Shown: positions 19,415-28,789 of the stretch, piece by piece
Layout of the letters: every line of letters starts with the position of its first letter
Position numbering within the stretch: position 1 is the first letter of the stretch
Notes under the pieces: generated by a model
The model's input: only the letters and a program-made list of their open reading frames with translations
Database searches by the model: none
Told to the model about the DNA's origin: nothing
Program-made: the position numbers and the translations under genes
Virus record (IMG/VR): IMGVR_UViG_3300022752_003244
Span: 6,047-70,046 of that record
Origin: a virus
Length of the DNA: 64,000 nt
Strand: one strand, 5' to 3'

Positions 19415-21046
19415 ATGAGTATTCAAAAACAAAAAACATTAATAGTAACTTCCATATACTCTAATTTATGGGGTACTGAATATGGTGGTAGAGCATCAAG
19501 ATACCATCACTATAGGCTTAGTCTTTTAACTATGTTAAATATGAAACCTGAAAAGGTTATTTGTTTTACCTCACAAGAAGAGTTAGAAGATTTAAAAAAA
19601 TTTTTCTATACTGAAAAACAAATTAGCGAGGATTTAGTTGAGTTCAAAGTGTTTGATTTAAGTAATTCGGATTACTTTAATATTTTGAGAGAAAAAAAAG
19701 ACCCCGAACAAATGAAAACTTTTGATAGGTGTTTTGAAATTCAATATAATAAATTTTTTTGGGTAAATAATTTGGAAATTATATATGATTTTGATAAAAT
19801 ATATTGGTTTGATGCGGGGTTATCCCATTCCGGTTTATTTCCTGACTGTTTTGCTTATGGTGGGACATACGAAAGAAATTTTCAATTTTCTGTATTTGAC
19901 AAAGAATTCTTAGAAAGAATAAACAAAATAACGGATGAAAAATTTTTATTAGTTGGTAAAAATAACACTCACGAATATTATTGGTCTGTAACCATTCCAG
20001 AAAAGTATTATGATGTATATTGTAAAGATTTACATATAATTGGTGGTTTTTTTGGAGGAACTCCACAATCTTATTTAGATGTTGTTGAGTCATTCGATAA
20101 AATTTTATCAAGATTATTAATAAGTGAGAATGGTTTGTTTATGGAGGAACAAATATTATCTTGTATGTATTATAATAACAAAAATTTTTATGAAGTTTTA
20201 GTATTTGATGATTGGTATAAAAAAGAAATTCACAATGATAAAACAAAATTATTTTATCATATTTTTTCAAATTCGGAAGATTGTGATAACAGTTACTCTA
20301 ACGATATCGAACCTTATGTTGAGGATAAAAAAGTGTTAGAATTACTCAATATTGATGATATAGAAAAAACTCAAATAAATTCACAGTCTGTATTTGTTTT
20401 ATCTTGTTTAGATAGAGGAAAAATTAATACTACTAAAAAATCAATAGAATCAATATTACAACATACTAACCTTGATATTATGTTAGTGACTGATTTTGTT
20501 AATGAATTTAGTGTTATTTCGGACGAACGTATAAAAATTATACCCTATTCAGATTTTTTTAATGATGAGAAAACAATACAGGGGTTTCCAAATTTTCATA
20601 TAAATAGACACCTATTTAAGGTTGCGGTTAAGTTTGATTATCAATATATTATATATTCTGATGGCATTGAAATTAGTGAGTGGAATGATGAAATTTTTTA
20701 TAATTTTATAAAAAAAGATTTTGATATTTCGTTTTTAAAGTCAACCGAACCTCAAATGAGATATTTGATAGATAATTTCGAACATTATAAATCAATAATT
20801 GAATTAGAAATTGATGACTTATATGACACCTCTTTAGACTCATCCCCAAATCCTGAATCCAATTTTTTTATAATAAAAAACACTGAAAAAATTAAATTAT
20901 TTTTAGATTTTTGGGACGAATTAAATAAAAAAAATAACAATAAATTTCCAACATATTACTGTGGTGTTTATTTAGGTATATTATCCCTAAAATCAGATAT
21001 GAAAATATCTTCAATAAACGATAACATTTTTTTAAATTTTAATTAA
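19415..21046 (+). CDS. HtrL/YibB-like glycosyltransferase with a second, degenerate GT-A-like domain
   Basis: IQYNKFFW, YWFDAG, IIGGFFGG, EEQIL. Confidence 0.6.
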   Translation: MSIQKQKTLIVTSIYSNLWGTEYGGRASRYHHYRLSLLTMLNMKPEKVICFTSQEELEDLKKFFYTEKQISEDLVEFKVFDLSNSDYFNILREKKDPEQMKTFDRCFEIQYNKFFWVNNLEIIYDFDKIYWFDAGLSHSGLFPDCFAYGGTYERNFQFSVFDKEFLERINKITDEKFLLVGKNNTHEYYWSVTIPEKYYDVYCKDLHIIGGFFGGTPQSYLDVVESFDKILSRLLISENGLFMEEQILSCMYYNNKNFYEVLVFDDWYKKEIHNDKTKLFYHIFSNSEDCDNSYSNDIEPYVEDKKVLELLNIDDIEKTQINSQSVFVLSCLDRGKINTTKKSIESILQHTNLDIMLVTDFVNEFSVISDERIKIIPYSDFFNDEKTIQGFPNFHINRHLFKVAVKFDYQYIIYSDGIEISEWNDEIFYNFIKKDFDISFLKSTEPQMRYLIDNFEHYKSIIELEIDDLYDTSLDSSPNPESNFFIIKNTEKIKLFLDFWDELNKKNNNKFPTYYCGVYLGILSLKSDMKISSINDNIFLNFN

Positions 21047-21057
21047 AATACTATATT

Positions 21058-23418
21058 ATGATATACATAGACAAAATAACAAAAAGAAGTGATTTAGAAA
21101 ATAATGAAAGTCTCACCACGTACGATGTCGAGTGGGACGCACAACAAAATTACAAAGCCTTTGAAACTTTCTTTTATTTCTTAAAAGAAGTTAGACCTAG
21201 TAGAATACTTGAAATTGGTACCTCAAAGGGTGGTTTTACACACTTTTTGAATGAATCGTGTAAAACCTTAAACCTAGATTGTTACATACTTTCTTTAGAT
21301 ATAAATGAGTTTCCTTGGTATTCAAGAATGATTGAATCGGGTATTGATTTAAGAATAGAGAATGTTTTCAATGACGATTATACTGATGTTAAAGATTATA
21401 TTAAAGATTTTATTTCTTCTGAAGGAACAACCATGGTTTTGTGTGATGGTGGTAATAAACAAAAAGAATTTGAAATATTATCGGAATATCTTAAAGATGG
21501 TGATTTTATTTTGGGTCATGACTACGCATATGACAAAGAAACATTTTCAGAAAAAATTAATGGTAAAATATGGAATTGGCTTGAGTTGACAGAATCTGAC
21601 ATCAGAGATACGTGTTTAAAAAATAATCTTGTTAATTACAGGAGAGAACTTTTTGAATCTGTTGTGTGGGTGTGTAAAATGAAATTAAATAAAGAAGAGT
21701 TTAATAAACAATTTCCGACACAAAATGAAACTATTTCAAATGAAAGTAAAACAACGTTTGTTACTGGATTATGGAACATTAAAAGAGGTGATTTAAATGA
21801 GGGGTGGTCAAGAAGTTACGAACACTATTTAGAAAAATTTAAAGAACTTTTAAAAACTGATAATAATTTTATTATCTATGGTGACGATGAATTAGAATCT
21901 TTTGTATGGGAACATAGAAAAAAAGAAAATACACAATTTGTAAGAAGAAGTTTAGATTGGTTTAAAGCGTCGGTTCCATATAACAGAATTCAAGAAATTA
22001 GAAACAATCCTGAGTGGTATTCTCAATCAGGTTGGTTGCCCGATTCCACACAATCAAAGCTTGAAATGTATAATCCTTTAGTCATGTCTAAAATGTTTTT
22101 ACTACATGACGCAAAAATATTCGACCAATTTGAGTCTGAAAATATGTATTGGATTGATGCTGGTATAACAAATACTATTCATCCCGGATACTTTACTCAC
22201 GACAAAATCCAAAATAAATTACATAAAGTTTTCGATAAATTTGGATTTATTTGTTTTCCTTATGAGGCAAGTAATGAAATCCATGGTTTTTCATATCCAA
22301 AAATAAATCAATATGCGGGTAAAAATGTTAAATTGGTTTGTAGAGGTGGATTATTTGGTGGGCCTAAAGATACAATTACAGACATAAATAACATTTATTA
22401 TAGTACACTAAACCAAACATTAGGTGATGGGTATATGGGAACGGAAGAATCTGTTTTTAGTATAATGTTGTATAAACACCCCGACTTAATCGATTATGTA
22501 CAAATCGAAGATAATGGACTAATCTCTAAGTTTTGTGAAGATTTAAAAAATGACACGTATGAAGTAAAAAATACGGGTGGTTTAGTTAGTTCTAATAGTA
22601 AATTAAGTTCAACCAACGCGGCTTTATATGTTATAACATTCAATAGTCCTAATCAGTTTGAAACTCTAATTCAATCTATGAAAGAGTATGACGAAAACTT
22701 TTTAATAAAACCTAAAAAGTTTTTATTGGATAATTCAAGTGATTTATCAACGACTCCAAGATATCAACAATTATGTCAGGAGCACGGGTTCGAACATATT
22801 AAAAAAGATAATTTGGGTATTTGTGGTGGAAGACAATGGATTGCGGAACATTTTGATAAGACGGGATTAGATTTCATGTTCTTTTTTGAAGACGATATGT
22901 TCTTCTATCCAAGAAAGGGCGAAGTTTGTAAAAATGGTTTTTCTCGTTATGCGGACAATTTTTACAATTCAGTTTTAGAAATTACAAAAAAACACGATTA
23001 CGATTATCTTAAATTTAATTATACAGAATTTTTCGGTGATAATGGAACTCAATGGGCGTGGTATAACGTACCTCAAGATTTCAGGGAATCCCATTGGCCG
23101 GACAAATCAAGTTTGCCCGTATCAGGATTAGACCCAAATGCACCTAGAACTAAGTATCAACATATTAGAGTTCACAATGGGATACCATTTATAGATGGTG
23201 AGGTATATTTCTGTAATTGGCCTCAGGTGGTTACTAGGTATGGTAATAAGAAGATTTTCTTAACTACGACTTGGGCTCACCCTTACGAACAAACGTGGAT
23301 GAGTTATGTTTTCCAAGAAACAATAAAAGGTGAAATAAATACTGCAATGCTTCTTATGTCTCCAACCGAACATAATAGATTCGAACATTATGAGGCGGGA
23401 TTAAGAAGAGAAAATTAA
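21058..23418 (+). CDS. tri-domain protein: class I SAM methyltransferase + HtrL/YibB-like GT + GT-A domain
   Basis: ILEIGTSKGG/LCDGG/GHDY; TTFVTG/WIDAG/GGLFGG/GTEES; FFFEDDM. Confidence 0.7.
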   Translation: MIYIDKITKRSDLENNESLTTYDVEWDAQQNYKAFETFFYFLKEVRPSRILEIGTSKGGFTHFLNESCKTLNLDCYILSLDINEFPWYSRMIESGIDLRIENVFNDDYTDVKDYIKDFISSEGTTMVLCDGGNKQKEFEILSEYLKDGDFILGHDYAYDKETFSEKINGKIWNWLELTESDIRDTCLKNNLVNYRRELFESVVWVCKMKLNKEEFNKQFPTQNETISNESKTTFVTGLWNIKRGDLNEGWSRSYEHYLEKFKELLKTDNNFIIYGDDELESFVWEHRKKENTQFVRRSLDWFKASVPYNRIQEIRNNPEWYSQSGWLPDSTQSKLEMYNPLVMSKMFLLHDAKIFDQFESENMYWIDAGITNTIHPGYFTHDKIQNKLHKVFDKFGFICFPYEASNEIHGFSYPKINQYAGKNVKLVCRGGLFGGPKDTITDINNIYYSTLNQTLGDGYMGTEESVFSIMLYKHPDLIDYVQIEDNGLISKFCEDLKNDTYEVKNTGGLVSSNSKLSSTNAALYVITFNSPNQFETLIQSMKEYDENFLIKPKKFLLDNSSDLSTTPRYQQLCQEHGFEHIKKDNLGICGGRQWIAEHFDKTGLDFMFFFEDDMFFYPRKGEVCKNGFSRYADNFYNSVLEITKKHDYDYLKFNYTEFFGDNGTQWAWYNVPQDFRESHWPDKSSLPVSGLDPNAPRTKYQHIRVHNGIPFIDGEVYFCNWPQVVTRYGNKKIFLTTTWAHPYEQTWMSYVFQETIKGEINTAMLLMSPTEHNRFEHYEAGLRREN

Positions 23419-23453
23419 TTTTTTGATATTCGGTTCGTTGTATATTTATTGTT

Positions 23454-23834
23454 ATGGAATTTTTCATTAAAAAAAATGCGAACCTACCTGTATTAAAATT
23501 ATACCTTATTAAGGATGGTAGAAGTGATTTTCAAAACCCTGTAACGGATTTTGATAACGCTTCTATTTCTTTTTCTATGTATGACGTTAAAACGGGACTT
23601 ATAAAAATCGCTCAGCAACCTTGTGAGATAGTTACTGAATTGGATATGGATGGTGTTAGTTTAGATTATGTTGTCACATATAAATTTAGCACAATTCAAA
23701 CATCAACTGTTGGTAGATATAAGGTAGAGTTTGTTTTTAATGATTCTACCGGTGCGTTAATCTTACCCCTAAGACAGGAGTTATTTATTAATATTGGTGA
23801 TTCGATAAGTGAGTTAGGGTTTTGTTGTTCTTAG
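23454..23834 (+). CDS. BppU-like Ig-fold structural protein
   Basis: FFIKK..LP.L, VTYKF...T.TVGRYKVEF pattern. Confidence 0.5.
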   Translation: MEFFIKKNANLPVLKLYLIKDGRSDFQNPVTDFDNASISFSMYDVKTGLIKIAQQPCEIVTELDMDGVSLDYVVTYKFSTIQTSTVGRYKVEFVFNDSTGALILPLRQELFINIGDSISELGFCCS

Positions 23835-23836
23835 GT

Positions 23837-23867
23837 TTGACCTGTAAAATATTTTTTCTATATTTAT
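23837..23867 (+). promoter_or_regulatory. composite promoter of the DNA polymerase gene
   Basis: TTGACC-N16-TATATT overlapping TATTTAT (23861-23867). Confidence 0.5.
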
Positions 23868-23874
23868 AAATGAA

Positions 23875-23920
23875 TGAGTAAGGGAAATTTCACATGTTGT
23901 GAAAGCTAATAATCCACTCG
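23875..23920 (+). promoter_or_regulatory. structured 5' leader of the DNA polymerase mRNA
   Basis: GAGT/ACTC, GGG/TCC and TTTCACA/TGTGAAA nested stems ending about 10 nt before the ATG. Confidence 0.5.
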
Positions 23921-23930
23921 AAATTTATAT

Positions 23931-26699
23931 ATGATTGATAGTAAAGAAATTGAATCCTTCTTGCACGGAGGAGACCCAGAAGAATTTATTGTTGCGCTCG
24001 AATATGATTATGCTACAGAGTGCGTTTACAAAGTAAAAGAAATCCCCGGTAAAGGTAAAGAAATTAGAAAAGACACGTTTATTCCATTTGCTTGGGTTGG
24101 AGACTTGCGTGGTATGAAGTTCTATAATGATTCAAAAGAACTTCAAAAATCTTCAATGTCGAAGTATGGTATTACCATTGATAAGTTGGAAACCGGTGGT
24201 GATGAGAGAATGAAAAATGGCTTAACTTTTATGGTTAAGTCGTTAAAGGGATATAGGTCTCTTATTCAATTTTTCCGTGATGGTGGAATAGACCCGTGGG
24301 GTGAAAGGGGTAAGGAAAAAATATTGGTTCTCCCTCCCGTAGAACAATATCTCATACAAAAAGAAAAAAGATTATTCAAAGGTTTTGAGGACTATAATCA
24401 GGTCACCAGACTTGTATTTGACTTGGAGACCACATCATTGGAGCCAAAGGACGGTCGTATCTTTATGATTGGAATAAAGACAAATAAAGGGTATCACAGG
24501 GTTATTGAATGTATAGACGTGTCTGAGGAGAAAAATGCAATCACAGAATTTTTTAAAGTTATTGATGAAATAAAACCAAGTATTATTGGTGGGTATAATT
24601 CTGCCAATTTCGATTGGCATTGGATATTCGAAAGATGTAAATTATTGGGTATTAATCCAAAAAATATCTGTAAGTCATTGAATCCCGCACATTCGTTTAC
24701 AAGAAAAGAAAGTATGTTAAAACTTGCAAATGAGGTTGAGGAATACACTCAAACTTCGATTTGGGGTTATAACGTTATTGATATTATTCATGCCGTTCGT
24801 AGGGCTCAGGCGATAAATTCAAGTATCAAATCTGCCGGTCTTAAATATATTACAAAATATATTAAGGCGGAATCTGCTGACCGTGTGTATATCGAACATA
24901 CCGATATTGGTAAAATGTATACCCAAAAGGAAGAGTATTGGTTAAATATTAATAATGGTAACTATAAAAAGGCAAGTGAGTATAGTGATTTGGATATCAA
25001 ATATCCCGGTGTATATAAGAAAATTACGGGCGATAAACTTGTAGAAATGTATCTTGATGATGATTTGGATGAGACATTAAAGGTAGACCAAGAGTTTAAT
25101 CAATCTTCATTTCTCCTTGCGTCCATGATTCCAACAACATATGAGAGAGTTTCAACTATGGGGACTGCAACTTTATGGAGAATGATTATGTTGGCGTGGT
25201 CGTATAAAAATAATTTGGCCGTTCCTGAAAAACAAAAGAAAAGAGATTTTGTTGGTGGACTTTCAAGATTATTAAAGGTTGGTTATTCAAAAGACGTATT
25301 AAAATTGGATTTTAGTTCTCTTTATCCATCAATTCAATTGGTTCATGATATTTTTCCCAAATGTGATGTAACAGGAGTAATGAAAGGATTTTTATCTTAT
25401 TTTAGAGGAACAAGAATAAAGTATAAAAATTTGGCGGGTAAGTATAAAAATACCGATAAAAAATTATCACAGAAATACGACACATTACAATTACCAATTA
25501 AGATTTTTATAAATGCGTTTTTTGGTAGTTTGAGCGCACCCCACGTTTTTAATTGGGGTGACGTTGATTGTGGAGAACAAATTACGTGTACCGGTAGACA
25601 ATATCTTCGTCAAATGGTTAAGTTTTTTATGAATAAAGGATATTCAGTTCTTGTTCTTGATACGGATGGTGTGAACTTTTCATTACCTGATGGGGGTGTT
25701 GATGATAGAATTTATATTGGTAAAGGTAATAATTGGTTGGTAGAAAAGGATAAAGAATATAGAGGGTATGATGCGGATGTTGCGGAGTTTAATGATATTT
25801 TCATGAAAAATGAGATGGGGTTAGATTGTGATGGTACTTGGGATAGTTGTATTAATTTATCAAGAAAAAACTATGCGGTTATGGAATCTAATGGTAAAAT
25901 TAAACTTACCGGTAATTCAATTAAAAGTAAAAAACTCCCCCTATATATTGAGGACTTCTTGGATGTTGCGGTGAAACTTCTTCTTGAGGGTAAAGGAAAA
26001 GAGTTTGTTGAATATTATTATGAGTATCTACAAAAGATTTTTGACAAACAAATACCATTGATGAAAATCGCACAGAGAGCAAAAGTTAAACTCACAATGG
26101 AGGATTATAAAAAGAGGTCAACACAGAAAACAAAGGCGGGTGGAGCGATGTCAATGATGGCACATCTTGAATTAGCAATAAAAAATAAATTAAACGTTAA
26201 TCTTGGTGATGTAATTTATTATGTTAATAATGGTACAAAGGCATCTCAAGGTGACGTTCAAAAAATAACCAAACCAACAAAAAAATTACAAGAAGAATAT
26301 ATGTTGGCTCACGGAAAACCGATACCTGAAGGATACGTTCAAATTAATTGTTATATGTTAGAACAAAGTGTATTAGAATCTAACCCAAATATGACCGGAG
26401 AATATAATGTCGCCAGAGCTATTACAACTTTTAATAAGAGAATTGAACCTTTGTTAGTTGTATTTAAACAAGAGGTGAGGGATGGTTTACTTGTTGATGA
26501 ACCAAAAGACAGAGGAATATTTACAACCGAACAATGTGAACTTATAAGTGGTGTTCCTTTTGAAGAGGGAGACCAAGATAGATTAAAAGAGGATTTGTTA
26601 GATATGTCCGAGGATGAAATAAAGTTTTGGGAAAAAACTAATATTGACCCAAATTACATTTATGAATTGGCTGAAGAGGGGTGGGAAGAAAATCTATGA
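23931..26699 (+). CDS. polB: family B DNA polymerase
   Basis: ExoI FDLETT, ExoII YNSANFDW, motif A LDFSSLYPS, motif B KIFINAFFG, motif C DTDG. Confidence 0.95.
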   Translation: MIDSKEIESFLHGGDPEEFIVALEYDYATECVYKVKEIPGKGKEIRKDTFIPFAWVGDLRGMKFYNDSKELQKSSMSKYGITIDKLETGGDERMKNGLTFMVKSLKGYRSLIQFFRDGGIDPWGERGKEKILVLPPVEQYLIQKEKRLFKGFEDYNQVTRLVFDLETTSLEPKDGRIFMIGIKTNKGYHRVIECIDVSEEKNAITEFFKVIDEIKPSIIGGYNSANFDWHWIFERCKLLGINPKNICKSLNPAHSFTRKESMLKLANEVEEYTQTSIWGYNVIDIIHAVRRAQAINSSIKSAGLKYITKYIKAESADRVYIEHTDIGKMYTQKEEYWLNINNGNYKKASEYSDLDIKYPGVYKKITGDKLVEMYLDDDLDETLKVDQEFNQSSFLLASMIPTTYERVSTMGTATLWRMIMLAWSYKNNLAVPEKQKKRDFVGGLSRLLKVGYSKDVLKLDFSSLYPSIQLVHDIFPKCDVTGVMKGFLSYFRGTRIKYKNLAGKYKNTDKKLSQKYDTLQLPIKIFINAFFGSLSAPHVFNWGDVDCGEQITCTGRQYLRQMVKFFMNKGYSVLVLDTDGVNFSLPDGGVDDRIYIGKGNNWLVEKDKEYRGYDADVAEFNDIFMKNEMGLDCDGTWDSCINLSRKNYAVMESNGKIKLTGNSIKSKKLPLYIEDFLDVAVKLLLEGKGKEFVEYYYEYLQKIFDKQIPLMKIAQRAKVKLTMEDYKKRSTQKTKAGGAMSMMAHLELAIKNKLNVNLGDVIYYVNNGTKASQGDVQKITKPTKKLQEEYMLAHGKPIPEGYVQINCYMLEQSVLESNPNMTGEYNVARAITTFNKRIEPLLVVFKQEVRDGLLVDEPKDRGIFTTEQCELISGVPFEEGDQDRLKEDLLDMSEDEIKFWEKTNIDPNYIYELAEEGWEENL

Positions 26700-27029
26700 T
26701 TGTTTTAACCCATCACTCGATAAAATAAACCAGTTTCCATTACAAAATCTAAATTCAATACACGCACCTTTATCGGCAACAATTTCGTCGTATTCTTCGT
26801 CAATTTTGCCGATATTTGGTTGTATTGTTACTTGAGTTAAACATTTAATAACGGTATGTTCCGTTGTATTTGAATCTAAAATAATTTTTGAATGTAGGAC
26901 TCCTTTAACAATAATACATTCTTCGCCTGTTGTGGAATAATCTGTTTCGGTTACCATTGCGGTTTCTGATACGTTTACAATGTAACCATTTATTCTTTTC
27001 TGTACCGGTAGTGATTTTATAATTGCCAT
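26694..27029 (-). CDS. hypothetical (likely virion) protein
   Basis: 111-aa beta-rich ORF co-transcribed with the neck gene. Confidence 0.65.
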   Translation of the reverse strand: MAIIKSLPVQKRINGYIVNVSETAMVTETDYSTTGEECIIVKGVLHSKIILDSNTTEHTVIKCLTQVTIQPNIGKIDEEYDEIVADKGACIEFRFCNGNWFILSSDGLKQS

Positions 27030-27035
27030 ATTAAA

Positions 27036-28160
27036 TTATATAACATATATTTGCCTTTGGAAAGCCCTAAATTTAAGTTGTTTGTTAAGATTTTCCGCAA
27101 TCAATGCTTCTTTTTCCATTTGTTTTTCCGGTCTTAATCTTTCTAATCTTAATTTTAACTCTTCTTCTAGTTTTGTTTTTTCATCTTTACCTTCGGTCAA
27201 AAGACTTGTATAATCCATTTGTATTTCAGAGTCGGGCGTTTTTAAATTACCACTATATTTTCCTCTAACTCTACCTAACGTTTCTTTAACATATGCGGTA
27301 AACCATCTTCTAACCCATTGCTTAGCGGGTTCATTTAAATCGTTCCAACCAATGGCCTCCAATGGAACATCCGAGGGTAAACGTACGATGTCAGGATTTA
27401 ATTTTAAACAATCATTTCTATCTCTACCATCAACCTCATAATACCAATACCAAACTTTTTTACCTGAATAAGAACTATAGTTCGACCAATTAAATCTACC
27501 ACCAGGCGTATTCATTAAGTGGATTAATTTTTTACCATCAGGAAGTGCGGTAACTCTGTATGTTAAATTCGCACCAAATATTCTGCTAAGTATATTTGAC
27601 TCCTGTGCCCTGACTAAGTAATCAAATCCGGACATCATAAAATATGAACCTTGTCCTCCAAATTGTGCGTATCCCGATTGATTCGCTCCAAGACCGGCAC
27701 CATCAAATCCAAATCCAAAACCTCCCAACCCCATTTGTCCGAAAATTCCGTACGGTCTATCACTAAACCACAATAATTCATTAATTTCTCTACCTGCCGG
27801 TATTTCGTATGTTTGTTGATTTTCAACCAAATCAAAATAATCTTGTTTTAACGCCCAAGGCCCTACTTGTTGTAGTCCAACTATTTTTGAATATGCGAAT
27901 TGGAATTGCTTCTCAAAATCAAATGTTCTAGTTATTAGAGCGTTTGCAACAGATTGTTTACTCATATCAAGATTAACTAAATTAGTCCAATTGGTTTCAA
28001 TTAACCAATCCTGAATATATTGTTCGTAATCTTGGATTGATAATTCCATTAAGGAATCCATCATTTCATCTTCAATTTCGATACTTCTAATAGGTGCACC
28101 GAGAAGATGTTTAACTCTTGTATAAATTTTTGACCTTTCTGGTTCTTGGATTACTGACAT
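27036..28160 (-). CDS. neck / head-tail adaptor protein (T4 gp13-like)
   Basis: LGAPIRSIEI N-terminus; WVRRWFTAYVKETLGRVRGKYSG...L..EG..E...LEEEL C-terminus. Confidence 0.7.
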   Translation of the reverse strand: MSVIQEPERSKIYTRVKHLLGAPIRSIEIEDEMMDSLMELSIQDYEQYIQDWLIETNWTNLVNLDMSKQSVANALITRTFDFEKQFQFAYSKIVGLQQVGPWALKQDYFDLVENQQTYEIPAGREINELLWFSDRPYGIFGQMGLGGFGFGFDGAGLGANQSGYAQFGGQGSYFMMSGFDYLVRAQESNILSRIFGANLTYRVTALPDGKKLIHLMNTPGGRFNWSNYSSYSGKKVWYWYYEVDGRDRNDCLKLNPDIVRLPSDVPLEAIGWNDLNEPAKQWVRRWFTAYVKETLGRVRGKYSGNLKTPDSEIQMDYTSLLTEGKDEKTKLEEELKLRLERLRPEKQMEKEALIAENLNKQLKFRAFQRQIYVI

Positions 28161-28194
28161 ATTTATAAATATTATGATTTCAAATAAAAATTTT

Positions 28195-28225
28195 TTTGTT
28201 AGTTCAAATCTTTACTTTATCTTTG
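28195..28225 (+). promoter_or_regulatory. Bacteroidota-type primary sigma promoter
   Basis: TTTG (28195-28198)-N19-TATCTTTG (28218-28225). Confidence 0.55.
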
Positions 28226-28229
28226 TGTT

Positions 28230-28339
28230 ATAAACGGTTTCAATAAGGTAATTCAAGGTTAGTGGTCTCCTGAATTGTTTTGAAACCAATATCTAAACCA
28301 CATATTTTAATAGGGGAGTATTTTTTTACTCCCCTTTTT
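28230..28339 (+). ncRNA. putative structured small RNA
   Basis: No ATG-started ORF between promoter and terminator; long hairpin GGTTTCAA/TTGAAACC plus TAATTCA/TGAATTG; loop GTGGT is complementary to downstream ACCAC. Confidence 0.45.
28312..28339 (+). terminator. Rho-independent terminator
   Basis: AGGGGAGTA-loop-TACTCCCCT plus T-run. Confidence 0.8.
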
Positions 28340-28351
28340 ATATTTATATTT

Positions 28352-28789
28352 GTGAGTATAAAAAATGTAATTAAAAAATTATTGAAGGAGTGGATAAACC
28401 CTGAGTCAACCCCCTTCCAAACTGATGCATATTTTTCCCCAATTATTACTTGGTATATTTCTCCCCACGCCTATGACAGGATGTCGGATAAAAGAAATCT
28501 TTCAAATGTGGATGATAAGGAGATTGAAGATTTGTGCCAAAGAGCAACAACTAAAATGATAAAAATATTCTCGGATAAAAGAAATAATTTTAAACCAGGT
28601 CCCGGGTTCAAGTTTCAAATATTGGATAAACAAAATGAATACTTGACTTTAGGTTGTATTATCGAAAGACACGAAATTTTATCTGAGTTGGATATATCCA
28701 TTTTAACAGTAATAAAATCAGGTTCAAGATTAAGATTGGGGGGTTATGTTGCAACTTATGAACCTAAATTATTTACAATAGAAGTTTAA
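28352..28789 (+). CDS. hypothetical protein with HAxxR motif (possible BECR/RelE-like RNase fold)
   Basis: GTG start at 28352 (4 nt after TATTTAT, after the terminator) is more plausible than TTG 28280; IKKLLKE N-terminus; ISPHAYDRMSDKR. Confidence 0.55.
   Translation: MSIKNVIKKLLKEWINPESTPFQTDAYFSPIITWYISPHAYDRMSDKRNLSNVDDKEIEDLCQRATTKMIKIFSDKRNNFKPGPGFKFQILDKQNEYLTLGCIIERHEILSELDISILTVIKSGSRLRLGGYVATYEPKLFTIEV

Noticed and set aside
28280-28351. N-terminal extension of the 169-aa ORF from TTG 28280
   Set aside because: It runs through a strong terminator hairpin; GTG 28352, 4 nt after TATTTAT, fits better
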